This document shows, piece by piece, positions 1-13,843 of a stretch of DNA of 64,000 nucleotides. The position numbers and the translations under genes were made by a program. The DNA is from Octopus sinensis. Taxonomy: Eukaryota. The stretch covers positions 45,260,001-45,324,000 of the forward strand of contig NC_043000.1 of assembly GCF_006345805.1 (NCBI RefSeq), written 5' to 3'. The notes below the pieces were generated by a model. It was given only the letters and a program-made list of their open reading frames with translations. It made no database searches and had not been told where the DNA came from. Each line of letters begins with the position of its first letter. Within the stretch, counting starts at the first letter, position 1.

Positions 1-430
1 CTCTTGTATGCAAGAGAGAAGACTGCACTGGTCTAGTTATGTGATGCATATGGATGAGGATAGTTGCATAAAGAATTGAACTGCTGAGCTCTAATTGTGG
101 AAGGAACCTGTGGAAGGGCTAGACTCAGGAAAATGTGGGACAAAGTGGCGAGAAAAGATTTTCAAACACTGTGCCTCCCTGACAAAATGACATGCAACTG
201 GGAGCTGTGGCAATTTGCTGTACTTGAGAAGACACATTGAGTCAAGTAAAATCACTGCCATCCATATATACAGGCTTGTTCTTTACAGGTGTCCATGCGA
301 TATAAAATACACTTGAGCCAGTGCTGCATAACTGCATCCATGCTGGTGGCACATAAAAGCACCTAGCAAACTTTATAAACTGATTGGCTTCAGGAAGGCT
401 ACAACACTGCCACCACCAGCATGAACAAAC
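1..430 (+). mobile_element. RTE-clade LINE 3' end remnant (end of ORF plus 3' UTR)
   Basis: Degenerate translation (MDEDSCIK...VEGTCG...RKMWDKV..KDFQTLCL) parallels the better copy at 32761-32960. Both share the 3' UTR motif 'gctggtggcacataaaagcacc'. Confidence 0.6.
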
Positions 431-559
431 AAAGTAATTTTGCTTCTATTTTGCAAAAAAGACATCTCATGAACTTCTTAACGAAGGAACTATTACAGTG
501 CAAACAGTTATTAAACAAGGAAGACAGAACAATAAAAGTAAACATTCCTCAAAATATTT

Positions 560-1110
560 TGTAGGACATTTAAAAAAAAAAAGCATAATTTATAAAACAC
601 TGAACATAAAAGCTAAAAGACTGGAACAGGCTACTCAACAAACAGTTGAAAAGTGTCTATGGCCCATATGGCATTGCAAAAAATTTATTGCAAGGAGCAA
701 AAGATTTGCCACGATCAAGGTAAGATTCGACGCAGAAGAGCACACAAGAGAATTCTCAACAAGATCTCTGGAATGTGAGGAACTGATTCCCACTTACCTC
801 GGCCGTCGGGTGATGAAGAGAAGAATTAAAGATGTGCCCCTGAGATAGAAATAAGACGGTTGGTGTCAGCAATCGATTATGATTTTGAAGAAGAAATGAA
901 TATATTAGAAATTGGCGTCCTGGAACAGCAAAACTGGGTTGGACAGGGGTTAGAGCTCTTAATCCAGCCAAATCAAGAGACAACTGAAAATCTCTCAGAT
1001 TTAATAAAACTTCAAAATGGCACGACCTTACATGTGGCCGTTGAAGGCAGAAGACCACGTTGCTACCTTTGTGGTAGCAAAAACCATCTTAAATTAGCAA
1101 ATTAGCACAA
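560..1110 (+). pseudogene. Frameshifted non-LTR retrotransposon ORF1 (gag-like) remnant with degenerate zinc knuckle
   Basis: ORFs 498-848 and 860-1105 are in different frames; the second ends with RRPRCYLCGSKNH (CX2CX4H, last Cys missing). A Thr/Asn-rich low-complexity tail follows to about 1790. Confidence 0.55.
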
Positions 1111-4089
1111 CAACAGCAACAAAATAAAAATAAAACACAACAACCAGCACTGTTACCCACACCGCCATCAGCACAACAGATAAAACAGCTCTACTAACAG
1201 ATGAATCAACTCCACCAACCAACAAACCAACGATCAGCGCCATCAAGAACAGAAATAACACCATCACCACCACCGCGAACAACAACAGAAGAAGAAGCGC
1301 CAAATCCAGGAAAAAAGGAAAAGACTAACCCCTCACCCCAACAACCCATACACCACATCCCAACAGCCATCAACCAGCACAAACAACAGCAACGTTAACA
1401 TTTACACACACACAAAACGACCCCAATACCCTTCCCCTCCCATTTTCTGATTCCTCTGACATGTCAGCTAATGAAGGAGAAACAGAAGAATGGCAAATGA
1501 CCACAGTGGGGAGAAGAAAAAAGTGGGAAAACACAATAACCACCCTATCAAACAAAGCAGGGAGATATACCACTCCTGATAACAAGACTGCCACACATGA
1601 CAACAGTTCAAACAATGACACTACAAACACACAAACACCAAGTGGCCCTACAATGTTAATAGCAATTAACATGAACAATTTGAACCTGATCCAATACATC
1701 AGGTCGCACACTGACATGACAGAGAACAATTTTTTAAAAATAGCTACCCATGCACAGCCCCACCACAACAATACACACACAAATTAATGAAATCTCTCTA
1801 CCCAAATGCAGTAGGGAGATTTCAAAAACATTTATCTAAAAAAACTATACAAAAAATCTCCTCGCAGAAACTGAGGAGGAAACACCCCAACTTTCTTACA
1901 GTAAGTGACTCTCTCTCTGTCTCTCATTTTCTGTTTTCTCACACACGTGCACACACACACACACACAATTATATATGTGTATGTGTGTGTGTATATATAT
2001 GAACATGTGTATCATTTAACAGCTACCTACCATGGGTTGGATGAGTCAACAATTCTGAGAAGCTAGAGAATTGCTTTGAGCTGCAATATTCACTTTGACA
2101 TAGTTTCTATTACTGGATGTCCTTTCTGATCCCAATCTCATTACAAAATTAACCAGGTGCTATTTTCTTGGCATCAACACTACAGAGGTCAACAAGTGCC
2201 AAACAAGACAAAACAAAAATCTGCCTTGATTGAGTGTCAGAAGTACAGTTGAGAGAGAGGTGACTATACCAGTTTTGAAGTGGTTAAAGTATGATACAAG
2301 CACAGGAGCATGTATCTTTCAGTGGAGAAGATACAAAATTACCTAGAATTATATAAAGGCAGAAGAGTGTACTGGAAAGACAGATAAAGATGGTGGGTGT
2401 GCCAGGACACACTTTCAATGTACCAGAAAGTGAATGCATATATGTGTGTATGCATGTTTAGGATTGGAAAAGTATAATTAATATATTGGACCCTAGAACT
2501 CAACTTGTATGCCTTTTATAGCTACCCGTCTCCAGAAAGGAAGAAAGCAAATTTAATCTATCAGGATTTGAACACAAAACATGATGAGACATAGCTAAAT
2601 GCAGCAAGATATTTTGCCTTGTACTTTACCAATTCTGCCAGCTGCTGCTCTTAATAATACTCATGTTATTTTTGATTTAAGCACAAGCCAGCAAATTTAT
2701 GGAAAGGAACTAGTCAATGTCACTGATACCAGTACATGGCAGGCACTTAATCTTTTTAAATCCTGAAATGACAAACCAGAGTTGACTTTGGTGAGATATG
2801 AAACCAGAATGCAAAGTGCCAGAAGAGCCAAAATACCACATTGTATTTCGTCCAATGCTATAATGATTCTGCTAGCCTTTTCAAACAATGATAATAGTAC
2901 TAACAATAATAATAAAGATAATAATTTTATTAATTGCAAAATGTAAACAATTACTATTTTCCATCATCTATGCAGACTTAAGACAGTTATTAAATATTCA
3001 TATTCATTATAAACTTTCAACAAGTCCATTACTTACAAAGAATATTAAATTCTTATGAAGACTCTAAAAATGAAATTTATTCAAACAGATATTAATTCAA
3101 ATCATATTAATGAAAATTATTCATATAATTTCTGAATCCCATGGACGTCAAATAGTTAGTTCCAGACCAATTTTCAATTTTAAATTCAGCTGTTGATGAT
3201 TTAATATATAAATGGTTGATCAATTGGTAAAATAGGTAGAGTTGATTGGCAGAAGCAATACCTTACAACATTTAATAATCTCCTTTTATATTCTAAGTTC
3301 AAATCCTCATTGTTTTACATCGAAGCAGTGTCTGTAAAGTAGTTAACAGTAAACAACTAGAGATCAGATTTGATTGAAATGACTGCACTCCAATCCCTAA
3401 ATTTGAGGTTTTTTACCTGTGCTAGAAATCCTTATTTTTATGCTCAAACATTTCAGCTAGTAATGAATGAATCAGCTAGATAAAAGACAGTAAAATACGA
3501 TGGAGAAATCAGACTGTATTCTGTATGTCACCATGTTCCAAGTTGTAGCAAACTTACTAATTGGATTAATTAATCATCAAGAACTAAATGTTTGATTAGA
3601 TATTTTTTTTATCTTGGTTATGTTTAATAAGTAAAACAAGAAATTTTCTACATTGCTACTATTGATTTTGCATTTCATCGCAAAGAAATTAATGAAACTA
3701 GCACCAATATACTATTTAACATTTCACTTGACACTATACTTACTTACCTAGAAACTGACTTAACACCTATTCCAAACAGAAATAATTACTAGAGAAATGT
3801 AGGCAAATATTAGAATCATAACACCAAGAAAGTAACAATAAACTAGATAGCAATATCAAAATATGCCATCAGATCAACTATGAAATATTAGATAAATCAG
3901 AATCTAAACAGACTTGTGGTGATCTGTGTTGGTAACATATATGATTTAGAAAAAATGGGAGAATATTCAAGGCACACGTCTATGTATATCTGGTTTACCT
4001 ACCGCTACTTCCTTTACACAGCAGGCCATTCCACCTTTTATTTGTCAGTGAGTGGCATCTCTACACATCAAGGATCTGCATACTAAAGG

Positions 4090-4445
4090 AAATGAAAGAA
4101 ATAATGTTTCAAATCAAACACAGAAACATGTTACTGATAGGTTTAAATGGATGTTTTTCCCTTTTGCTTCAACAATTATATTGTTATCCTTCAGCTTCCT
4201 TTTCACCCCAATTTTCCCTTCTATCTTACTCTTTCCACTTCTCTCTTTCTCTCAACTTCTCTTTCTCACAATGTTTTTCCTTTCTGCCACATCCTATCAA
4301 TGAATGCAAACTCTCATTGCTTTACATTCCTCATCAATTGCAGCCAGTTTCTTAAATAAAAAGGACAAACTTCTGTTGTTTTATTATTATTTTACTCCTG
4401 TCAACATTATCATGATGAAGGACTCTGTCCGAAACGTTGGATAGT
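4090..4445 (+). mobile_element. Penelope-like element 3' remnant
   Basis: KEIMFQIKHRNMLLIGLN resembles the PLE endonuclease C-terminal '..L.T..P.GLN' motif. It is followed by a pyrimidine-rich tract and a hammerhead-like motif at 4407-4444. Confidence 0.45.
4407..4444 (+). ncRNA. Degenerate minimal hammerhead ribozyme motif
   Basis: aTGATGA-A-GGAC-tct-GTCC-GAAAC-GT-T. Perfect 4-bp stem II, but core C3 is mutated to A and stem I is poor. Confidence 0.4.
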
Positions 4446-7437
4446 CCACAACCCATAGATATTTCCCTGCACTCTTTCTTTGATTATGAAATATTTGGTG
4501 ATACAAATGTAAATTTCACACAGATAGACACTTTATATCCAGTTCAGTGTTTCATGTTTCTAAGTGCAATTCTTTCAAGAATAAACCATTTATTTTTTTT
4601 TAGTTACAAAAAACCAAAGTTATATGATTGGTTATAATTTCTCTCATCCCCAAATAAAATGCATGCATGTGTGTGTGTGTGTTTTTGTGTGTGTGCACGC
4701 ATGCACTCTGTGCATGTTTTTTTTTGATGAGGTTTGAAGTTTGGTGAAAAGAAATTGTCACTTTGAATATAAATATTTTCGATGCTATTCTATCTATGAC
4801 CATGTCATTTTCAGATAGTTTATCTTGCACCATGTTGCCCAAAGTGCCTTACTCTTTTAAAATGGTAGGGTGAATCTGAAAGAAATTTTGCCAATATTTC
4901 AGGCAGTTCAAGCATTTATATTGGGTCTTCATTAACCAAACCTAGTGATCAGGAATCTGAAGACTTTAAGCTTTATACCAGCTACTAAAGTTCTAAAATG
5001 TGGCCATTTTATTGCAACGTATTTCATTTATCAAATGTTCTTAAACATTCTTATCACAGAAATATCTATGAAATCAAAATTTCCATTACAGCAATCTTGC
5101 AAATGTAGAAAGTTCATGTGTTGCCAAAAACATGCAAAGCCATACCACATTTGAAATGTAATAAGTATTTAGCAATACTATATTGTCTAATCTCTGAGTG
5201 TATTCCTGATTTGATGTCATTAGAAATTTTTTGTTAGAATTTAATTACTATTTGAGTATTTTGTGCTTTTGACCACATCTTTTAACCTATCTTATCCCCT
5301 CCAAATTTTTTGAATATGTGGGGATGAGTATGAAATGAATACTGAAGCTTTTATTGAGGATTGAGAGCTGCAATTGTATACTGTTTCTTCTAAAGACAAA
5401 ATGAGCTGTTTGTTTTCTGTTTTTACCCCCATCAATTTTAAGGAAATTTTATGTAAATCAGTATTGTTCAGTTCACAGTGCTAAATTACACCAGATAAGG
5501 AAAGCCTCAAACAGTCATATTATAAAACCTGAAAGTCAAATATTCAGAGCAATGTACATGAGAATGAGAATGGCAAAGTAACATATAAAGTGAGGTATAT
5601 ACTTCAGAAAATAGGTAAGTCAGTTTTCACAGATTACAAAAGTTAATGCTGAACAGAAAGAAAGTTTCTATGTAAGCATGAAAAAAGTGGACATTAAAAT
5701 AATGATTTGTAGATTACATGCTCCAGGTTTTAGCTTCTAGGTGTGCTGTCTCCTCTCCCCATCTCTTCTATCATTATTGTAAGGGCCACTGTAACCCTGA
5801 GCTGAAAATTGTCATACAACCACCACTCAAATAGGCTATCACATTCATTTCACTGTTTCTCCTTACCTTTGTTACATCTAATCTAACTAACCCTATGCTA
5901 ACCAACATGTCAAGTCTTTTTGCCTGGGATCATCAATCCCCCGGATTCTACTCCTTGCATATTGCATTTCTACATTTATTGACCTGTAACAGTTTAACTC
6001 AGACCTTAATGGTATTCAGTTCTCTAGTCTCAAAGGACCTCTTAAGTTCATGAGTGCTACTTATTACTCCAAAGGGTAGGTAGGCAGGTAAGTTGACAAG
6101 ACTTAGAAAGGTGAGTCTGAGCTAGAAGTGGGGGAAGGGATTTAACAAGGGTATATTTTGTGCAGATAGGTAGGTGGACACATGCGGGAGAAAAGAGGGG
6201 AGCATGGATGTGTTGTAGAACAGGAAGGGGGCAATGGTCATGGATTTTCCTTTGCCGGGCAGGTTTTCTCGAGCACAGGAAATCACTAGGGCCTGTCTTG
6301 CAAAATAAAATCCAATAATCTAGTTGATATTTTTTTTCATTTTTTAAACAATTTTTCTTTATCTAGGTGCCATATTGTGTTTTCTTTCCTTTTTATATGA
6401 ACTGACATATTTAGCCTGATCATCCAGTACAATGGAAGTTTTTCTGACTTGGAGAAAAATAAACTCTCCAAGGCACTTAAAAAGCTACAGAAAGGAATGG
6501 AATGAACTCATGAAACATAAAAATTTTAAATCTGTTTGAAACAAAACAATTCTCCTGAAATACAGAAAAATGCAATAGAAAAGTGCTCAAATTTGTAAAA
6601 AAAATATGCACAACAAAAACTATTTCAATTCTCAGTCACTTATTGCTATAAGTTCAATTTTTGTGCCCTAATGCTATGTAAAACAATATCAAGTCTTTTA
6701 ATCATGGATATGTATTTGGGAGACTATGTTAAATGTTAGACGTTTGTGTTGATATCAATCATTCAAATGCTGTTTTGGAAAAGACAATCCCTGATGAGTA
6801 ATTAAAAACTCAATTTACATGTATTACATTTTGCTTTAAATGTTATTAATTTGCATTTTCAAAATATATTTTATCGTATGTTACCATATAATTAATAGCA
6901 TTGCATTTAATGTAGTTTATTATAAAACATTTAAATCAATGTAATTAAAACAAAAATACAAATATCCCTTGCTCCTAAGCAAAACATAGTCATTATTATC
7001 ATGATTCTAGCATCCATTTTTCTATGTTACCATAGAGTTTATTGAAATGGATATTCTATAGCCAGATGCCTCCGTGTTGCCATCCATCACTTGCTTCCAA
7101 GCAAGATAATATTTCCTCATGTCCTGATATGTTTAGCAGAGTAGTGGACAGGAATGGAATGATTCTGTCTGTATGATAGTGACTCTCCTTTACAACTATG
7201 TGATGTTAAGGTAAAGAATCCCAAACATACACACCTTGGCCAAGTGTCCTCTATTATATTTGAGGCTGACCAAAGTTTTTTGAGTGGATTTAGTAGACAG
7301 AAAGCGAATGAAGCATGTTATACAGACACACACACACACACACACACACAAACAAATATAATATAGATATATATATATAGGGAGATGTACTCGCATAGCA
7401 AGTAATTTGATCTGAGATCGTGTGCTGAAACGAAAAC

Positions 7438-7551
7438 AATTGCAGCGTGGAAGGTGTTTATAAGCCATTTAAGAAACTTACATGTTGAAGTGAATCGAAC
7501 GGCTTTTGTGTGTTTCTTAAATGGCTTATAAATACCTTCCACACTGCAATT
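7438..7551. repeat. Inverted repeat hairpin, 40-bp arms, 34-nt spacer
   Basis: aattgcagcgtggaaggtgtttataagccatttaagaaac (7438-7477) matches the reverse complement of 7512-7551 with 2 mismatches. A single arm of the same family lies at about 63847-63890. Confidence 0.9.
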
Positions 7552-7565
7552 AGCGGTAACACATC

Positions 7566-7937
7566 GTGACACATATTTGCCATTTGAATATGGCTAACCC
7601 CTAAGGGTGGATGCTACTGAGATTTATCATTGTTTGATTTCACTTTTTCAATATCAGTGTCAATCGACACTGGAAAAAGTATATGTATTTGTGAGGGAAA
7701 CCGAATTCTCGTCGACAACTATGATCGTCACACGCTGATGATAGGTAAACACCTTGAAACTCGAGTCCGTGTGTATCATAAGTTGAAGACGGGAAGGATG
7801 ACTTCCCTTCACAAATACTGATAGGGCACAGATAGTGTGTCTATAGCCAGCTGGAGGAGATATCTTCTTGGGGCTACAAACTACAGTAGCATCCACCCTT
7901 AGGGGTTAGCCATATTCAAATGACAAATATGCGTCAC
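7566..7937. mobile_element. MITE with ~54-bp terminal inverted repeats
   Basis: gtgacacatatttgccatttgaatatggctaacccctaagggtggatgctactg (7566-7619) matches the reverse complement of 7884-7937 with 2 mismatches. TA follows the right end; no coding capacity. Confidence 0.85.
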
Positions 7938-7968
<31 letters not shown>

Positions 7969-8157
7969 ATAGAAATGGTAAGAAAACAAAAGAATGAAAG
8001 AGACTTCGATATTATCTAAATAGAGAAATTTATTTGTAAATGTAATATGTGACAATTATTTGGTAGCCATGATAAAACTCCGAGCCATGACAAAACTCCG
8101 CCATCTCTTCAGTTATCCGGCCATCAGAAAAAAATAATATCCTTAAAAATACTTTGT

Positions 8158-8229
8158 TAGCACGGCAAGATTCGAACATGGAATCTTCTGATCCATAGTC
8201 AGATGTGTTATCCATTGCACCACAAACCC
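8158..8229 (-). pseudogene. tRNA-Arg(ACG)-derived pseudogene (anticodon now ATG)
   Basis: Minus strand gggtttgtggtgcaatggataacacatctgactATGgatcagaagattccatgttcgaatcttgccgtgcta matches the conserved metazoan tRNA-Arg(ACG) D and anticodon arms. Acceptor and T stems are broken; a T-run lies shortly downstream. Confidence 0.8.
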
Positions 8230-9389
8230 AAGATAGCATACTGAGATTTTATAGAATATGTGGACAAGAGAAAAAAAAGAAAAGGGAAGAGAGTAAGAGA
8301 AATTATTTTTACAGCTTCTGTTATCATGTGTATAGTTCTTTCTTCCATTGCATACTAGGTTCTTTGTATGTGTAAGTACGAAGGGATGCTGAAAAGGTTT
8401 TGGCGTTAAGGGTATCACGAAAGGCCTGGTTAGAGGCCCATAATTCTGAGTTCTTTTGCAGGGCTGAGAAAAACTGAAGGACCACTGCAATAAGTATGTA
8501 AATCTGAGAGGGGAATATACTGAATAAAATCATAATTAACTGATCCACCTGTATTTTCTCTTGCTGAAACACAGGAATGTTTCAGCAACCCCACTTACAT
8601 GTGTGAATGTGTATGTTTTTGTCGCTTTGCCTCTCACCATGTAGTATTTGTAAATGAATGTCACTGTTATACAAGCAATGCCATACGTTTCCAGTATCCT
8701 GTGAAAACATGTCTGGTCATGAGGAACTATTACCTTGCTTAGAAACAAGTGAAGGTTGGTGACAGGGAGAGTTTTGGCTGTAGAAAAGTCTGCCTCATTA
8801 AACTCTGCTTGACCTATAAAAGCATGGATAGAGGATGTTAAAATGATGAAGATGAGGATGATACATTTACAAGAGACTGCTTTCAGTTTCCACTTACCAA
8901 AGCATTGGTTGGCCAAGGACTATAGTAGAATACATGTGCCCAGTGTACAATGCCATAAGACTGAACACAAAACTATGGATGTTGGAAGCAAACTTCTTAA
9001 ACACACAGCTGGCAGAATCGTTAGCACACCAGATGAAATGCTTAGTGGTATTTTATCAGTCTTTACATTCTGAGTTCAAGTTCTACTGAGGTCAACTTTG
9101 CCTTTCATCCTTTCAGGGTCAATTAAATAAGTATCAGTTACACAATGGAGTCGATGTAATCGACTTAATCCTTTTGCCTGTCTTCTTTTTTTCTCCCTTC
9201 TATGTTTAGCCCCCCTGTGGGCAATAATGAAATATATATTATAATTACAGAGTTAGTTCAAAAGTTTGTGAATTACATTTTGGAATATGTTCGACATTCT
9301 AGTCATAATTTTGAATCTTCATTTGACCCCACATTGTCCTTTTAAGAAGGATAAACAAACAGATATTATTAATAATATATAACTGAGAC

Positions 9390-9690
9390 GGAGGCGCAAT
9401 AGCCCAGTGGTTAGGGCAGCGGACTCATAGTCGGAGGTTTGCAGCTTCGATTCCCAGACCGGGCATTGTGTGTGTTTATTGAGTGAAAACACTTAAAGCT
9501 CCACCAGGCTCCAGCAGAGGGTGGTAGCGATCCCTGTTGTACTCTTTCGCCCCAACTTTCTCTCACTCTTCCTTCCTGTTTCTTGAGTAATGCTGCAATG
9601 GACTGGCATCCCGTCCAGCTGGGAGGAACACATACACCATAGAAACTGGGAAACTGGGCCAATGAGCCTGGCTAGGCTTGAAAAGAGTGC
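9390..9690 (+). mobile_element. tRNA-derived SINE family B (ggaggcgcaat... head), tail type 1, followed by (AAAT)n
   Basis: A-box-like tagcccagtgg and B-box-like gcttcgattcc; body shared with copies at 18660, 19954, 29200, 29985 and 40500. Confidence 0.85.
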
Positions 9691-9691
9691 A

Positions 9692-9726
<35 letters not shown>

Positions 9727-10180
9727 CCGAGACACATGCATACACAGACACATACACACATGCTTGAGCACACATGAAAACATATCTTGACAGAAATAAA
9801 AACATGCCCAAAATATACATAGATAGTTAAACAGTTTATTTAGTTCTTTGAAATATATAAAATGTTCACCACATTTATGTACATATACTATCAACACTGA
9901 AAACAAAAACTACTACTAATTCCTCCACATCCATAAGAATGGCAAGCACTAGCATAAAATGTTGACATTCCACAGAGATTTATATATGATATATGATATA
10001 CTGAAACAAACACTTTATACCAGTATTTCATAATTAATTATAGCTGAGTTAATTCTAATGAAAGAAGCAAATACCAGCTGCATTTTTTGTGTGTATAATC
10101 GCACATGAGTTATTATGGATGAGTGGTATAAATAGTTTATCTGTCTGTCTGTCTGTCTATCTGTCTATGTCTCTGTCACA

Positions 10181-10220
<40 letters not shown>

Positions 10221-10834
10221 CTCTCTCTGTTGTGCTCTCTCCCACCCTTTTTCTCTTTTTCTGTTTATTTTGGTCACTCGTGTTCATTCTTACTATTTCT
10301 CTCTATCTCATTTTTTTCTTTCTATCCATCTCTTTGAATGCGATTTTGATAGGAATACTTCGATACTCTTCTCTCTTGAATAGTTATAACAATTTCAAAT
10401 GAGACATTGCTTGTCAATAGAAAAGGATGGGATCAAGCAGTACAGAATAATTGAAATCAAATGATTGTTAATATATTCAAGTAGCATAGAGAACGATTAA
10501 CAAATACCAAGTGTATTTAGAAGCAGCCCAAACATAAGTATAGCATTTCTCAGAATGGATTATATTGGGAGAAAGGAGGAATTTTAAAGTTACAAAGTAA
10601 ATATTGTGTTTAACCTATGGAGATAATTGTCATTCGATATGCTATAACTGGATAGAATGTAATTGAAATGGAACTGATTAGTTTCGTTGTCTTTTTTATA
10701 ATACTCCCTCCTGTGTTGATAAATGAATGACTTGATTCATGCACGTGTGTGTGTGCATGCATAAGTATGTATTTATATTCAGCTGAAAATGAGATTGCTG
10801 AAGTGGGGCCACACACCTCATGAAATAGCACTTG

Positions 10835-11265
10835 CTGGAAACACATTCCTGCTAGAACTTCTATTTCTCAAGAAGAAAAATCAACACCAGAATTTAAAGC
10901 TTCCAAAAATTGCATGACACTTCTTCTGAGAGTAAATGTTGTAAATGATAGAAAATTAAAGCCCCTATATGTGTATGACTCCAATAATTCTAGAGTTTTC
11001 AAGGTTACACAAACTTTAAATCTGTTTCTGAGTTTACATTCCAGTCAGAAAGCAGAGATAGCTAGGAACCTTTTTGAAGAATGGTTTACAAACATTTTCA
11101 GTCCTGTTACAAGAAGTTGCAGAGTCACACATGATATTTCCGACAAAACATTACTCCTGTCAGACAGTGCACTAAACTACCCAGTGAACTTTAATATGCT
11201 TTCTGATAATGTGAGGGTAGAATATATCTCCAAGAATACAGCTTCTTTGCACTAGATGCAGTAAC
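10835..11265 (+). pseudogene. Tigger/pogo (TIGD1-like) DDE transposase remnant
   Basis: WKHIPARTSISQEEKSTPEFKASKNCMTLLL..N...RKLKPL; LFEEWF; LLLSDSA; VEYISKNTASL. These match Tigger motifs (WK.MP.RT.I..EEK..PG.K.SKDR.TLLL; LLILDNA; FLPPNTTSL). Confidence 0.75.
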
Positions 11266-12660
11266 TAGGATATTTCTTTTTCAAGAAGTCTCTATCAGTT
11301 TATCCTCCATGTTTTCATTTTTATAAGTAGCTTGAAAGATTTTTCCTAGATAATATGCCTTCTTGTAAAAGAAATTACTTATTCACTGTTTTCCTATATC
11401 AATGGTGACAATCATTGTCTTCACATGAGCTGGCTGTAAGTACACGCTATTGACAATGCTCAACAATGTAGAAATGCATCCAGCACTCTCACCAACCACT
11501 TCTAGGGCACTTCTCCTCTGCCTTCAATATATATTATTTCTAAACACATCGTATCTATAAGCGATATTATCTTGAGAGAAATACTGGAGTACATTTGCCT
11601 TTTACAATGTTTTTACATTAAGTATGATACATGCACAGCTATTAATTTTTCACATTTTATTTCCTATTTCACTAATTTTCGTTCTTTTAAGTTTAATTTA
11701 CACATGTCATGGCATGAATGCATACACATATGTGCACATACACTTAAAGAGATGCATTATAAAGAATATTTTTTACTAAGTACAGTAACACATTTTAACA
11801 AACTAAAAGAAATATAAATGTATATTAACCTGAAAGAAAATAGAAGGTACTTGATTAATACTTGAAATTAATTTCAAAGTAAACTACTTTAAACTTAACG
11901 TTTTGAAATAAACATTTTAAACATTTTAAAAATATTTGAGTAAAAGTTTTGAAGACTTTTTCATATAATAATACTAATGAAAATCAACAAAATTTTGTAA
12001 TTTTCTGACAAAAGTGTGGCAAGGAAATATTTATTTAGATTAGGTTTTGTTGTTTAGCCATGAATTAATTCAGATCAAACAGACCCTTTGATCAAAAGCA
12101 TTCCAGCAATGATTAATTTATATATTTTTTTAAGGCATCCTGCAAACATTAGCTAATATGTTTTTTTTCCCCCGTTATCTAATAAGGGTGTATGTTCAGG
12201 GAGACTTGGCTCACCTAAGCTTACTTTGTTCTTGAAATGTTTTTTCAATGATTTGAAAGCATTTATGTTTTTTGCCCAGAAATATTTATTGGTATATATA
12301 TATATTTTTTAAAGCAGACTTCTCTCAAATATTCATTAGGATTTTTATTTGAAATTTTCAGATCTAAATATTTTTAATGTGGTGTCTTATCAATAAATTC
12401 TTCTGCAATGTTCTTAGAAAATACTTTCATTTTCCATTAGTCAGTTGTCATAGAATTGAATTTCGTTTTCTGTTTTATATAATTTCAAAATTAAATAGTT
12501 TCACCAAATAATTTGATTATTGAAATTATATTTATCTATTTTTTGGCAATATTTTGACTAACAGGATTGTTTTCATTTTCCAGTTCCCAAGCTAATGTTG
12601 TGTTACAACAAATCTAAGATGTTTGAAATGATCTCTCAGAGCTACTTCACAATTATAATA

Positions 12661-13843
12661 CTGGGTGTGAGGGATATTTTAAGATACAATTACCAGTATA
12701 TTACTCTAATCAAACCAACAAAAAAGTCTATATTTCCTTCAGATCCTGCATGGTAAATAGCATACTAGCACAAGAAATGAAAAGATATACTGTAATGTAT
12801 TCATATCTGTGGAAAACAATGCCAACGTTCTGTTTATTACAAGATCTTTTGTGTAGAAAGTTTAGATGGAGTTGGAAGTTTCTAGTGGGAATGCTTCATT
12901 GATATCAAAGAGAAAATCAACATTCAAAATGTGTTGACAATATAAGGATATAACAATTATTCCAAAACATTGTCAGTTATGATCACAGAAAATCAGTGGG
13001 GGCCATCATCAAAGATTTTCCGGTATCAGAATGGTTTATGAGAACTACGGTGCATGAGAATGCATAACACAAGCTGGATGTACTGAGAAACCAATTCATA
13101 TGAATGAAAACATAGGGAAGCCTTTTAATCCATGCCAAGTAGTTACTGAACAAGGCTAGGAACCTTTGTAAACACAGCATGTTTTAATTCTTTCTAAGGA
13201 TAAAAATTTTGATTAAGATCAAAAGCTTAATAGGAGAAATGACAGATGGTTTTGTCCAGATCTTTGGTTTTGGGAGTGGCAAGTAACAAAGATCATGTCT
13301 TGCTACTGCACACCTTTCCGCAGATCTTAGAATTAATATCACTGGATAAGTCAAGGCACTATTGTTAGAACCTAGATGGGTGCAGTATGTGGTGGAAAGC
13401 TATAAGTGTTTCAAAAAGGTTCAACAACTTCATACAAATCCCACATAACCTATGAATGGATATTAGATCATTTTTACAGTCATATATCACCAAACAAGTG
13501 GCCTCCAAACTTACTAGATTTAAACCTCTTGGACTATTACATTTTTAGTTTTGGTGAAAGAGAGATTAATCAACATCCTTACAATATTGTAGCTACACCG
13601 AAGTCCACCCTGGTCCAAATGATGTCTAAAATGAATGTGAGATATTTAGTGAAAGCATGTTAACTATTCCAGTCCCACTCTGAAGCAGTTATTGAAGCTG
13701 AAGATGGATTCATAGAATATTCTTATAACAAAGCATATTGAGAACATGGATACGAATTTTTATTATAATATATTTGGTTCTTGCTAAATTAGAGTTCTTT
13801 TATCAAACTACCAAATGTGTTCTCAAATATCTCTCACACCCTG
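12661..13843 (+). mobile_element. Decayed Tc1/mariner element (maT/DD37D-like) with both TIRs and TA TSD
   Basis: Left TA|ctgggtgtgagggatattt matches right end reverse complement cagggtgtgagagatattt|TA. Internal WPPNLLDLNLLDYYIF corresponds to WPPNSPDLNPLDY. Confidence 0.8.

Noticed and set aside
3037-3063. 27-nt minus-strand microexon candidate (SLHKNLIFF) with a GTAAGT donor
   Set aside because: No linked exons or recognisable protein; splice-like signals are frequent in this composition.
6791-6815. CTGATGAG...CTC resembling a hammerhead start
   Set aside because: No GAAAC or cleavage triplet follows.
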